Source: Octopus bimaculoides (taxonomy: Eukaryota). From it: a DNA stretch of 56,150 nucleotides. The stretch's first letter is position 1. The number at the start of each line of letters is the position of its first letter. A program made the translations under genes and the position numbers. The notes beneath the pieces are model-generated. The model searched no databases. It had not been told where the DNA came from and worked only from the letters and a program-made list of their open reading frames with translations. This document shows, in pieces, positions 12,523 through 26,462 of the stretch. The stretch is taken from contig NC_068993.1 of assembly GCF_001194135.2 (NCBI RefSeq), positions 47,581,090-47,637,239 of the forward strand. Direction: 5' to 3'.

Positions 12523-13992
12523 TTCGTGTTTCTACGCGACAATAATTTGTTTGCATGCAGAATTAAGAAATGATTTCTTTGAACCACTAGACTGTGTTAA
12601 CTAATTTAAGGCTTAGATTTCAGAATCAACCTTCTTTCTATCAATTTTACTCATAACCACCGAGTATATTCAATGTGAAATTTAAATAGATATGTGTTTT
12701 TTTGGTATAGTAGATTGAGAGAGTGAGCGAGTAACGAAATGGTTAAATTGTAAACAGTAGGACAATAAGCGTAGCCTGTTGTGGCATGTTTCATGAGAAG
12801 GGGGTCATAACTTGACCAACCTATCTGTAACGAAATATTCTTATCACTGTGTCAAAGACTTCAATGCTCTAAATGAGCAAATACTAACACACGACGCCTA
12901 GCCGCATTTACAAATATGCATTGATATCTAGATTATATAAAGACATACAACCTTAAGCAGATGTACACGTACACACTGTCTATGCACCATGTACCTAAAT
13001 GTGTACCACTATAAGCACATATTAACATGTTTAAATGAGTAAAATGGATATGATGTTTTCCAGGACATTTAATGAAATGTGCATGAGAGTGGCCACATTT
13101 GTGATACTTCATGGGCTTATAACGATGAAATAAGGATTTCTCCAAAAGCCTTGTATATTCGAGGTTTGTGGAAAATTTGCCAAATTACATTTTATTGTTC
13201 TCTCCGGTTCTGTCTTTCCTTATTGATATAGTTACAAGTTGTTATGTCATCATAACTCAGTTTATATTGTGATTAATTTTTGCAGTCATATATAGCATAA
13301 ATCCGCCGACAGTTTTTGTAAGAATATTCAATTCCTGCTTTGTAAAGCCAATACGACTTTGGAATATTGCCCACAAATAAAGTAATGCAATTATCATCAC
13401 ATCACCATCATCATCATCATTATCATCATCATCATCAGCATCGTAATCATCAAAACCACCCCCACCCTCATCATCAAAACTAATATCAGCATCGTTATCA
13501 TCGGTTATTTTTATTTAATTTCATTCATATATTATTTTCTTCTAAGATATTTGTTAATAATAATATTGCATGCACGTATACACACATACACACATACATA
13601 CATACACACATACACACATACACACATACATACAAGCAAAAATACATACATACATACATACATACATACATACAAAAATACATACATACATTCAAACATA
13701 CATACATACGTAGTTGCACACTTACATACATATATGTGAAAGAATCGTTAGAGCGTGGAAGAAATTGGTTTGAAATAATCACCCGGCTCACTGCGCACTG
13801 AGTTCAAATCCAGATTACATTATTCCTTTCTTTCCTCGTATTGAGTTTCGATGGACGAAGTACCAGGTTTGAACTGGTGTCAATGCTTTTTATACGGTGT
13901 ATCTCACATCCTCGTTTCTATGAATCTAACAAGAAATTAAGGACGCATCCGAAGTCATGCAATGTCATATCTATTATATATACACCCCCCAC

Positions 13993-14068
<76 letters not shown>

Positions 14069-17000
14069 GTGTGTGTGTGTGTTTGTGTGCATATATATAA
14101 TATCAGCTTAATTATCAGCTAACATCTTGTTTTAAGTTTTCCATTACCAAACCTCATGATATTGCTTCTAATAAATCTTGATTTTTATGACTATTCCAAG
14201 TATGATATCTGTTTGCTCTTTCAGTCCTACCCCTAACAGATACTGCCTTCTGTTCTCTCAACCTTACAAATACAACGGATTTTATAAACTGGTCTATAAA
14301 TTAAAACTGACCCCATAAAAACAAAAACTCAGCGACAGGCAGTGTCTGTAACAATGTATATCTTCTTGAAAATTCAGTAACTTCTAAAACTGGAGTGAGA
14401 CAGCATGTTCTTTGTTTATCTCCTTAACGTCTTGTAGATTTTAGGTATAATTATACTGGTGTGTCCATCTGTTCTAATTTAATTAAATTCTGTCTTTGTG
14501 CAGCTGAAGATTGCTCTGCATTTTAAATTGATGTAATGATTGCATTGTTCAATTAAATGGAGTTGCATGAAACGATCGTACTGCATTACCTCTCGATATC
14601 CTTGTTGGTTATTTTGATTTTAATCACCTTGGTTTGAAATTGTATGGATAATACCATACTAAATTCTATGCCTCAACTTAAGTACCATATTCACCTGAAT
14701 CTAAATTTTTGCTGAACTCATCTACGATACCCAAAGAATATATATATNNNNNNNNNNNNNNNNNNNNNNNNNNNNNNNNNNNNNNNNNNNNNNNNNNNNN
14801 NNNNNNNNNNNNNNNNNNNNNNNNNNNNNNNNNNNNNNNNNNNTATACATGTATACACACACACACACACACAAACACATACACACAAAAACACACACAC
14901 ATATATTCATTGTGCAAATTTATAAGCTCAAGGATAAGAATGTATCGGCGTAGTTGAAGTTTAAGACAATTATAGAAAATATGATAACATGCAAAACAGT
15001 ACGGAAGTTATCTTACCCTCGCCTAGTCTTTTCCGAAAAAAATAGATTGACGCAGCTGTAATGTAAACTGTCAGATATCTTCAGACAAAATGTCTATCCA
15101 GTGAAATATAGTAAATGAGTGAATGATCGTGATCTAAACAACTGTCTGGCTGGAGAGACATAGATCATAGCGTACAATGATTCCCCGTAGCAAGCAGGTA
15201 TTATGTCGTGCATATACTATGTAGAGTATCAGTTATTTAATTAGGTATAATTTTGGCGGTGAAGAGAAGCGTAGATTATGTTATTGTTATGTCTGAAGCG
15301 ACTGCTATCTAGCCCCTTCGGATGATCTCTACTCAGCCGCTACACAACTGCTACTCGACTGCTACTCAACGTTTTCTTTATTTGGCACTACGGCCATACC
15401 ATAGAGGGGGACACTACGAGGACAGACACAACACCACATGTTTGAACTCTCGAATCTTTTTCCTTCGCTGGGGAAATCTGCATCATTATCACTGTTCCCT
15501 CCTTCTCTTTCTACGAAACATCATTGAGTCACAACGTAATGAATATTTATATCGTAGCTGTGTTTTAACAAATCGTTTAAAATCATCCATATAAACGCAA
15601 TAATAAAAAAAAAACATTGAGAAGCACAGAGGAAGTTTATGGCATTGGCCATTGGTCGAATATTTGAATATCCAATATAATATTTCAATAAGTAAACTTA
15701 GAAGTTAGGGGACATAAAATCGCAACGCAGTCTAGTGACTATGCTGCACAAAAATTAACTTTGTTTGCACCCTCCAGATCTTTCAACATACACTAAGCTA
15801 ACGGGAACATTTTTATGCGATTAACGAAACTTACTAATATTTTGAGCCAAAACTACTCCATATCATATTTTAAACCTGTTTTAGAAAAGAAACGATGAAC
15901 TCGTTATATAAACTATTTAGAAAGTTAGTGAATGTGCATCCCTCTATATCTATGGAAATATTATGGCTTGTGTTTCTGAGTGTCGCAGTATGAATGGGTG
16001 TTTTATTATAGCAGTTAACCCCCACATGCTCGTTCCCTATCAATTTATAACTTCCTGTGTTATTACTCCCATCGCAACTGATTTCACCGGCATCACACTC
16101 GCAACAGTCTCTTTGATTAACACCACAGACATCATCAACACACTAATCAACTTCGCCCTCGTCATCTTGTTGCTCCTCCTGCTCCTCCTTCTCCTCCAGC
16201 TCTTCCCCATCATCATCATTATCATCATCATCGTCGTCTTCGTCTTCGTCGTCGTCGTCGTCAATGTCATCATTTCAGTTCTTCAAATTGTATGTTCATG
16301 CATTTCATATGCATTTATTCGCTCGAATAATTATTCTATTCTATCTCACTCTATCTCTCCCGCCCTCTCCCCGTCTCTCTCTCCATCCCTATCTCTGTCA
16401 CTCTTTGTCACTTTTTCTTTCTCTTTCTCTTCGCGTATTTCTACAATTCTTTCTTTTCGTTCTTTCCTATCTTAGATATATATTCTACTCGTTGATTCCC
16501 AGTCAGTCCTTCTGTATTTTCTGAAGAACCTTCCTAACGTTAACATTTTCATTGACGTGAGAATTCATAGCGCTTTAACATATTACAGCCATTTAAAAAA
16601 GAAAACCTCATCATCCCCACCCCATCATCATCGTCATCATCACTTCTCATATTAATACATTCTCTATCTATTTCTATCCCCCTAGAATAAGAAAACATAT
16701 AATCATAAAAATACATGCACACATAGAAATATGTATATAGAAACGCATATATGTATGCAAATAATACATATTTCATATATATGCATGCATGTATGTGCAT
16801 ATATATATATATATTTTTGTAGAAATATGTATGTATATAAACACATATATACATATAAGCGCACATACATGCTTACAATGCATACAGGCACACAGAAATA
16901 AATACACAATAAATAAATAACGTGCAAGACAAACATAGCCATTATAATAAAGACAAGATAGAAATTGCAATAATAGAACCTCTTTAAAACACGGAATTTT

Positions 17001-17155
17001 GTATTCTGCAAGGCAAGCGATTGGATAAATTTAATTAACAAGCACGGCTGCTGGGGCTACTTTTAACTCCTACTCCTCCCCTGCTCATACTTTCACTATG
17101 CACCTTTGTTTATATCATTCTTTATTTATATATACACACACATACTGGCACTTAC

Positions 17156-17186
<31 letters not shown>

Positions 17187-18190
17187 CTTTATTTTATTAA
17201 AGCTGCGATATATTATGTATCTGCGTGTGTGCTTGTCTGTGCGGGAGTGCGAACCTTTGTACATACATGCATACGTGCAAACATATGGTTGATGGATTTG
17301 AAGGAAATATTTGAAGCTCCAGAAATGGAAACAAAACCACACATACACAAACACACACTCACACATACACGCACATATGCGCATGTACACACTCTCACAC
17401 ATATATTTTTATATTTATATATACATATATACATACGTATTTAAATTGGACATAACTATATTTCTGTGAGCTAAGTGATTATAAAAGCAGAAATACACAA
17501 GTGTAGTCGTCTTATCGGCAGAGTAAACAAAGACATAGTTATTTCATTTAAGGTGCGGTTTTTTCCCTTTCTTTTATATAAATTTATGGCTGATGTAAAG
17601 AAAAACGGGATTTTATAGGCGATTTCAAAATCATTAAAATTTCAAGCGAATATTATTCAGGGTTTTAAACAAAATTTAAATGTACAGAATTTCTGGAAAA
17701 GTTGTGGCTATAAATCCAAATCTAGGAATTGTACTTTGAAAGGGTTTGGTTTTAAATATATAGCACTTCCATCAGGAGAATATGTTCGCGTAACATCCTC
17801 ATTAGGTGTTTAATAAAAAGAATGTATATAGACGGTTTGAGTGGTTATATTATTATATTATATGTTATATATATATACATATGAGTGTCTTTGTACGTGT
17901 GTGTAAGTGTATGTGTGTATGTGTGTGTGTTTGCGTGTGCATGTGAGTTTGTTTGTGTACGCACGGGCATGTATACATGCAATTGTGTGTGTTGTGAGAA
18001 AGATATAAACATACGTAATATAGTTGACGTAAATTCGGTCTCTTGGCGGAGTACACACACACATACATGTGCGTGTGCTTGTTCGTGTGTGTGTACGTAT
18101 GTGTGTGTGTGTGTGCCTGGATAAATGTGAGATTTTGTCAGCACATATGTATGCATACATATATCTCCCTTTGTATGTATGTGTGCAAGA

Positions 18191-18815
18191 GATTCAGGTC
18201 CAAGCCAGCAATTCTGAGAGATGGCGTTTTAGACTCTACCATCGATCCCAGTACTGAACTCTCTTTTCTCTCACTTTTACTCTTTTACTTGTTTCAGTCA
18301 TCTGACTGCGACCATGCTGGAGCACCGCCTTTAGTCGAGCAAATCGACCCCAGGACTTATTCTTTGTAAGCTTAGGACTTATTCTATCGGTCTTTTTGCC
18401 GAACCGCTATGTTATGGGGACGTAAACACACCGGCATCGGTTGTCAAACGATGTTGGGGGACAAACACAGGCACACAAACATATACACACACATACATAT
18501 ATATATATATTTACATATATACGACAGGCTTCTTTCAGTCTCCGTCTACCAAATCCATTTACAAGGCTTTGGTCGGCCCGAGGCTATAGTAGAAGACACT
18601 TGCCCAAGGTGCCACGCAGTGGAAACGAACCCGGAACCATGTGATTGGTAAGCGAGTTACTTACCAGACAGCTACTCCTGCGATGGTTACTTTATTTTAT
18701 TGACGCTAAATGTAATAAAAGGTAAAGTTGACCTTGGTGGCGTATAAACTTAAAAAGCTGAAATGGATAACTGAAAACATTTTTTCGAATGTAGAGCCAA
18801 TGTTCTCATCCCTCA
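18191..18815 (-). mobile_element. SINE family B split into 18191-18260 and 18682-18815 by an inserted family A SINE
   Basis: The left piece (caagccagcaatt...atcgatcccagtactgaact) and right piece (ggttactttattttattgac...ggtaaagttgaccttggtgg) are consecutive segments of the intact copy at 50063-50270. Confidence 0.75.
18261..18681 (-). mobile_element. tRNA-derived SINE family A, full length with (GAGTAAAA)-like 3' tail
   Basis: Best-preserved copy. The head reads gcaggagtagctgtctggtaagtaac...ggttccgggttcgtttccactgcgtggcacc on the minus strand; the tail is cttttactcttttactt on the plus strand. Confidence 0.95.
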
Positions 18816-19688
18816 GTATTTGTCGGAAGTCACTAGAGGATCTTTCCTGGTAAAATGCAATCGAACACCGAATATAGTGGAAAAATTCATCAGATATAAA
18901 AATAAACCGCTTCTAACTGGAGAGCTTCTATTAAAATAATAACTGGAGGTAGGATGGGTAAGCAATGATATATAAATAAGACTAAAAAAACAAAAGAATT
19001 GAAACTTCTATCTCGTTATAAGAAGACGTAAAGTAAAAACTAGAATCTAATTAGGAATGAACTGCTAATATCTTAAATTTAATTACTTTGAGATAAAATG
19101 AATCGACGATGATAACGTAACCCATAGGTTTCACAATTAAAAACGTAATATAAATTTAAAGCGGAGCTGGAAAATGATTCTAAATATCATTTTCGAATTT
19201 CGCTATAGTAAATTCAAAACCGTCTCAATGGTTTATGTTTGCTAAAAGAGTAGGCATAGAGATTAAACCAATAGGGAAGCCTTAGGTGGATTAAAAGGAT
19301 TAGTAGGGGAGCAGAAAAAAAAAAAAGATCGAACGAACTGTCTAACTCTAAATAGAAAATATTACACACTCATTTTACGAAGTACAATCAAATGCGAGCC
19401 AGTGAAGGAACCTCAAAAGCAGCACTTGTCCTGTAGCATAAGCATCTTCTAGATATATGCAGCCATAAAGATGATAAGGTGACCAACACTGAAATGCTTC
19501 TCAGTAGATATCTGCATAATCAGCGATATTCTTAAGGCTCGTTGTAAATAACGAAAACATAAAAAACCGACTAAACTGCAATGGTAGATAACGTTCATTT
19601 CCTATTAACTAAAACACAATATAGCTACGCGCGCACGCACATACACACACAAACACCCCCCACACACACGTATATACTCACATACACA

Positions 19689-20015
19689 TGCATTTCTGGT
19701 AGCTAGGCAGGAATCATCCCTTTTGCTATCATTCCTAGGGCACATATGCCAACAGGTATTATTTTAGTCGTGAGGTTCCATATTTTGCCAATTTCTATTT
19801 CAAGATCTTTAGATTTGCTCAGTTTTTGGTAGATCTTGACAGATACATTTATGTCGATTGGGACAGTCATATCAATTAGGAGGCATGATTTTGCCTGAAG
19901 TCTTTTAGTATAATGCCTGGCCTATTAGCATCTACCTTTCTGTTAGTTTGAAGGGTGAAGTGCAGAAGCGTGAGATGTGATCATTTTCAAGTACTGGAAG
20001 TGGTTTGTGTTCCCA
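19689..20015 (-). mobile_element. R4/Dong-like non-LTR retrotransposon fragment, restriction-like endonuclease (RLE) domain
   Basis: Frameshift-corrected minus translation: WEHKPLPVLENDHIS..TLQTNRKVDANRPGIILKDFRQKSCLLIDMTVPIDINVSVKIYQKLSKSKDLEIEIGKIWNLTTKIIPVGICALGMIAKG. Matches the RPD..ID...KY..L..E..IPVVIGALG pattern; the catalytic PD is mutated to PG. Confidence 0.88.
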
Positions 20016-20400
20016 CCAGTATTTAACGTGGGACAGGTCCATGATTTTGCAAATTACACAATGTATATACTGTGCTATTATTATCATGATAATCATCATC
20101 TCCTTTCAATTCTGTTTCCATTTCTTGCCGAATATTTTCATAACAACTTCATTTACACCGGCAGGGGACTGAGAAAGAGAGAAGAAAGACAAAGAGAAAA
20201 TGGGAAAAAAATAAAAACTTTAAAAAGTAAACAAAGCAATGGGGAAAAAAGGAAATCAAATTCACAGCCACATCGCTCTTCTCAGTACATGTGACGTACC
20301 AGTTAAGACAATCTTTTGCCCTTCCTGCTAGGATGGTAAGCCAGGAATAATTCTGAAATAATTTTCAGTTTCAGTTTTAATTATTACAAGTACTACTACT

Positions 20401-20428
20401 TATCATCATCGTCATCATCATCGTCATC

Positions 20429-20492
<64 letters not shown>

Positions 20493-20530
20493 CCATCATC
20501 GTCATCATCATCATCATCATCACCATCATG
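20401..20530. repeat. (CAT)n microsatellite
   Basis: Direct reading. Confidence 0.97.
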
Positions 20531-21994
20531 GTAAAGTTGCATGTGGTGACGATCACCACGATGATCGCGAGGAAGAAAACGATGACGAAATTGCTGATGG
20601 CAGAAAGTTGTGAAGGTGATTGTAATAATGATAGTGGTAGTGATGCTGCTGCTGATGATTGAGGTGCTGCTGATGACTTTTTTTTAAGCACTGAAAAACT
20701 CCGCATTCTTAATAATTCATCATACTTAAGAACAAATAAAAATAAAATCTACGAGTTTTCTTCACTTAACACTCCAGAAAATTCTAAATAACTGTCTCTC
20801 GCTTGTGGCTGTTGATTCTATTGTTTTAATTACAAGCATGAGTTCAACTAGCGCCAGCTGTATTCCGTTCTCTCGTACAACCATACTGATTGCCTGATGT
20901 CAGTAAACTATGGCTGACAGTGTTTGTTGGTTTTAGAAATTATTTCGTGTCGCCTATAAGTAAGAACTGGGTGTACCAAGTGGCACATTGATTAAATAAT
21001 CTGCGTATGCTCCTTTTATTGTTATCAATAATAATAACAAAAACAGCAGCAGCAGCAACAACAACAACAAGAACAACAACAATAATGGTGATGATGATAA
21101 TGGGGCTCGAGAGAAGCAAGACTTTGTATGGAGACAAACTGAAGACAGTAGCAGAGTCGGAGACTAGCAAATTCCTCAGATTTCTCAATCCAAACAGATC
21201 AGGTGCTAAAGCATAAGAGACCGGATCTAGTTATGTCCTGTAATAATAATAATAAGAGAGAAGGCTCTGCGCTGAATAACAACATGGATGTGATAAACCG
21301 GGCTCTCCATCCAAAAAGTAATATAATCTAATAACATCGGTGGAATGGGATAAAGGAACCTGTGATAGATTCGAAGGAGGCGGCCATTTAACGAAAATAA
21401 TCAGAAAAACGAAATTTTACTGCCATACAAATTACAGTTTCTCACATACCCGATGTTTCAGTGAAAAGTGTAAGAAAGATATCTGTCAACATCGGAATGT
21501 TTACAAATTATAAAATATGTGGAACAAAACAGTAAGTACGTAAATTGATTAATTACGCATATACTCGAATATCTACCCATTCATATATACAGTTTAGTAT
21601 CCATAGGATTACACATATATCCCAGTGTTTACACAACTACGTGAAATTTACAGGACACACATACATGCACATGAAAGCGCGTGTCACAAGCGAACCAAAA
21701 AGAAAAAACTCAATTTTTTTTCGAACAAACACAAACAGAGCGAACAATTCATAAGTTAAAAAACACCACAAAAAAGAATATGCCCGGAGATAAATCTATC
21801 AGCAAAAGAAAATACAAACGAATACAGATCTGTTATCCTTAAGAAGCTACGTTACGAGGAATGTTTTCATTCAGAGAACTTGGAGTCGGTGTTGTCAGAA
21901 AGAATTAAGCGTAAACAGACAGATCCGTCCGTCCCCTAATGTCAACGTTCAAGCTCCTCATGCCTCCATAACAACAACGCAAACTACAAACCGA

Positions 21995-22645
21995 TTCGGC
22001 AGTCATGCGTATTAACTAGGGCCGCGGACCCCAGTGAGGAACCAGACTGGGTACGAAAAATCAGCTACTGATTCAAATCTTTTCGAAACGCAGGAGCTGT
22101 TTGTACCCCACATCAAATAACCAGAACTAAAAGAATGAAAACTTTCTAGGGCAGATAATAAAGAAATTCTTAAGGCCTTCTACCATGCCATGCATTTCCC
22201 CCACAAATAAATCTAATACTGAAGAAACCTACCTAAACTGGAGACAGAAGCACCTTGAACTAAGATCCTACATAGACACTAACAAACTTGCCAACGTCAG
22301 AAGAAACATTACGAAAAAGAAATTACTAACTGAATTAGAGATTGACCAAATTGAACAATCAATAAAGGGAACGAAATTGCAGTTAAAGAAGATACTAAGA
22401 AGGAAATAATTATAGACCAACCCAGGTCTGATGAAAATGCAGTAATGATAGAAAGAGTCAATGTAACTGATAAGCAGAGTGAAATACTCTCTGAACCAAC
22501 CATAAACACCAAGGCAGATGAAAATCAAATAGATGAAGAAAGTCACACAGAAATTGACCCAACTGAACTAGATGGTCCAGAAAATTAGATCATGATGGAA
22601 TGGCTGAAAATTAAAGAAGCCAGTATGAATTAACATGATCTCCAC
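21995..22645 (+). mobile_element. 5' (N-terminal ORF) fragment of an R4/Dong-like non-LTR retrotransposon
   Basis: Frameshift-corrected: SRADNKEILKAFYHAMHFP-TNKSNTEETYLNWRQKHLELRSYIDTNKLANVRRNITKKKLLTELEIDQI, then an acidic linker and IMMEWLKIKEASM. Resembles, from recall, the N-terminus of R4/Dong ORFs (..YID.NKLANVRR..). Confidence 0.65.
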
Positions 22646-22702
22646 ATCTTCACTTGTTAATGACTACTACAATCTACGTGGTGTTTGCATAGTGCGATAT
22701 AT

Positions 22703-23026
22703 GGCACTCTATCGGTTAAGACGATAGATGTTCAATTTGATCCGATCAACGGAACATTCTGCTCGTAAAACTAACTTACTTGCAGGTGGCCAAACCCCAA
22801 AGACACGCGTACCCTTAACGGATTTCTCAAAGAGATTCAGTGTGACATACAATGTGACAGTGACAGCTCTATAAATTGCAAGTAAAACTCATTTTTCCAC
22901 AGTTGTGAACTGGAGCAACGCGAAATAAAGTATTTTGCTCAAGGAGAAAACCCGCCTTCAGGAATCGAACTCACGACCTTACGATTGTGAGCTAAATACC
23001 CTAACCACTAAGTCATGCGCCTTCAC
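22703..23026 (-). mobile_element. tRNA-derived SINE family C (CORE-like central segment), full length
   Basis: Minus-strand head gtgaaggcgcatgacttagtggttagggtatttagctcacaatcgtaaggtcgtgagttcgattcc has clear A and B boxes. It is followed by ccttgagcaaaatactttattt and a 3' end ...ccgatagagtgcc. Confidence 0.88.
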
Positions 23027-23129
23027 TTGCATAATACTATGCATGTAATATTTAAATTATATATTACGCGCTTTAGTGTGTTTTGATATGCGCATGATAT
23101 CCGATCTGTGGTAAAATTGTCATTCATGA

Positions 23130-23167
23130 AACTGGCCCTTGGTCCCAAAATTGATTGGAGACCGCTG
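23130..23167 (-). mobile_element. Solo terminal inverted repeat of a hAT/Charlie-like element or MITE
   Basis: Reverse complement cagcggtctccaatcaattttgggaccaagggccag resembles Charlie-type ends (CAGCGGTCCCCAACC...GGGACCGG); no partner end was found. Confidence 0.45.
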
Positions 23168-23300
23168 CTACACGTGACAGCAACAGTTACTCATGACTCC
23201 ACATGTCAAAAATCGTTATACATTACACGAATGCGTGCAGTTGTGTTTCTTTGTATTGCGCCCAATTAATGAAAGTCTGCAATTGACCGAAGATAAAAAA

Positions 23301-23430
23301 AGGGCAATTTCCGTAAGACGGACACATTAATTAGATCGCAGTCGATACTTGACTTGTCCACTCTTACATCGATCAGTGGGATAGTAAAGTCAAAGCTCAC
23401 TTCAGCAGGATTTCAGGTCGAAACTTCAAA
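23301..23430 (-). mobile_element. SINE family B, heavily degenerate fragment
   Basis: ttagatcgcagtcgatacttgacttgtccactcttacatcgatc...gtcaaagctcacttcagcaggatttc is loosely colinear with 50100-50200. Confidence 0.45.
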
Positions 23431-23589
23431 ACTCTGAAGAAAGGGGCTGCGGTTCTACCAATTTAAAGAAACTTCAACTAATGCGAGAATGAACGATATT
23501 CTCTTTATATTTTTATTGTATATAACTACATGCGTATATGCATACACACACACATAGACACATACACACACACACACACACGCACGTAC

Positions 23590-23645
<56 letters not shown>

Positions 23646-26317
23646 ATACAAATATAAACTTATATATACATATTACACATAGATCTATAAATGCTCATCT
23701 ACCAATGCATACACACACATATGAAGATGTGGAGATCGGTTGATATAAATAGACATATCTATATATTATTACATTCAGTAGGAGGATCGCGAAAAGAACA
23801 TTGCTTATATGACGGCTTATTTATTGTTATCCATAATAAATGAGTTTTCATGCATGCATTCACATTTACTTAAATTCGAATTTATGCATATATACATTTA
23901 TAAATAAATAAATACATGCAAATCAACATAGATGTATGTATATAACATAAAAGCTTGCACACATCCATACGTAAATACATATTTCTATATCATAGTTTGA
24001 AATGAATTCATATGTTTTTCAAAAGGATATACCATATTTATTCTGGAAAATGTAGTAATTTTGCATTTAACTTCATTTTCGATCATGATAGCCCTTTGTG
24101 ATGTTTAGTATGAATTGTGTGTAAATGTGTGAGCGTGTATGTGTGTCTTTCCGCGTGTAGGTATTTATATATATATACGTACATAAACAGCTATGTCCAT
24201 GTACATATATACGTACGTTTATTTGTATGTTAGTACGTTTATGTACATGTGTGTTTTTATCAGGCTTAAAAACAATGGTTTAGTAGTTCTTAACGGCTAT
24301 ATCCTCTTCATTTCTCCAGATTATATGATCAGAGTTATTCCAATTATAATTATCTTGTTTTTTTTTGCTGTTGTCTTGTCTACATTCTCCATTAGGAGTT
24401 TCCAGTTTTCAAGAACTGTATGTTTCGACTTGAAGGAGATATCGTTGCTATTTCCGAATGTCTATATGTACGAAAGTATGTACGTATTTATGTATGCACC
24501 TATGTATGGAAACGACGGGTCTATATGTTATTGAGACAAACACGTATAAAAATATTCTAACCACGGATGTAAACTATAATTATAGAACAAAATAATAACG
24601 AATCGTATTAGTCTCGAAGGCAAAATAATTAGTAGTAAAGTCTAAAAATAGTTGATAATTTGCAATGACTGGTACTCAGTCCCTTATTGATGACACTCAG
24701 ACTACAAATTTGACTTAAGTATGACCTTAGTATAGACTAATTAACCCACCCACGTCAGAATTACAGTTAGCCAAATGATATTAGAGAAAATAACTTTCAG
24801 GTTAAAGTCATTCTCCTAATACAAGTAGGTATTGATATTCCAAATCATGTTATCATATATTTCCATGTAATTCCTACATGTATCTTATCTTCAGTAGCCA
24901 TTAACATGTGCGCAGTTAGTTTCCTCTTATTTTTGCCAAAAAAGGCTTGTCGCTTTATAACATCTCTGAACATATAGGAAAAAAACATCTTCAAAGTGTT
25001 CGTTTGAAACGTATCATTTTCATATCAGCTAATTAAATTATATCTTAAGTGCAAAGACGTAACGAAGTGAGAAGAATGCTTAAGTTATCTTAGTTCAAAT
25101 TTTTGTTAGCAATGCTTGTATCGATGTTAGTGCTAATGTTTTTCCTAAATGCACAACATTGATGGTATTAACGAAATCCCATGTGGTGCGAAGCATTTAT
25201 TAAAAAAAAACTCAGTCTGATCGACGCTAAGCTGGTGGGTAAAAACTGAATCTCTTATTTATAGTAGAAAATATATTAGAGAAACTAGATACTAGTATAG
25301 GATTGATTAAATCGGTATAATTTGAGCAGAAAATGTTCCAAAACGCGCTTAAGATTAACCCTTTATGCATGTACGTCTGTTGACGATGGCGTTGTGTCTA
25401 CATATGCACACGTGAAGAGATCCATGTATGATTGCATATATTTTTGCATGCATACATAAATGTATATATTTAAGGCTGACTTAACGGGTAACTGTGTATG
25501 TGGAGGGATGTATGTGTGTGTTTGTGTGTGTATGTGTGTTTGTGTGTGCGTGAGTACGTGTGTGTATGTGTGTATGTGTGCGTGTGTGATTTTCGAAACT
25601 GACAAAGATATGGATTTTTTTAAGTATGTATATAATATAGCAGGCACATGAAAGCGGCTAATAACTATGTACAGAGCAGAAGTGTGGTCAGTTCTGAAGG
25701 AGATTTTTATACGGATGTAAATATGTATGTATTTTTATATGTATGTTGGGAGTGAAGGACCACTAGCTGTTGTCACAATATATTTCTAGTTGACACTGAT
25801 GTAGAACCTATGGTTTTATGTGATTTTTCGTCATTTCACCTTCGTCCTTCACCAGGTACTAATAACGTAGATGGAAACTGGTACACGTATTGTAGAATCA
25901 TTGAACATTGTCATTCAATGACGTTAAGATGTCTCTTTGTGCTCACTTCATTTGTCATCTCATCTACTAAAGCTCTATGGTGACAGATGAGAGGTGTAGA
26001 TCTAACCAGACGTAAGGTCACTGTAACAATTTCTTCTGTTACCTATGCTTCAAACCATGGAGATCGGTAACAGTGTTATAGCTTGTTTTACTCCAAGCCG
26101 ATCCACATGATGCAATCAAAAACATTCGAGTATTTACACTCTAAATATTATTTATACTGTTAATACTATCAATTAAAGATATTCACCGCATCTGATATTA
26201 ACAATAATATCATCTTACTGTTTTTGCTGGTATATATATTTTTCAACATGTAGACCGGCTCCTATTTATAAACAGGTTGATGCATTCTCTGCATCTTCAT
26301 GACTTGTGCTAACTTTA

Positions 26318-26367
<50 letters not shown>

Positions 26368-26425
26368 CATGTATGTATATATATATATATATATGTATGT
26401 ATATATATTTACGTACATATATGTA

Positions 26426-26462
<37 letters not shown>

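Noticed and set aside
15388-15401. CTACGGCCATACCA, identical to the 5' start of animal 5S rRNA
   Set aside because: The match stops after 14 nt; no internal A/C boxes or remaining 5S sequence.
22950-23026. tRNA-like sequence with good A and B boxes (also at 681-740 and 54500-54595)
   Set aside because: No complete cloverleaf or acceptor stem; each continues into a SINE body, so these are SINE heads, not tRNA genes.
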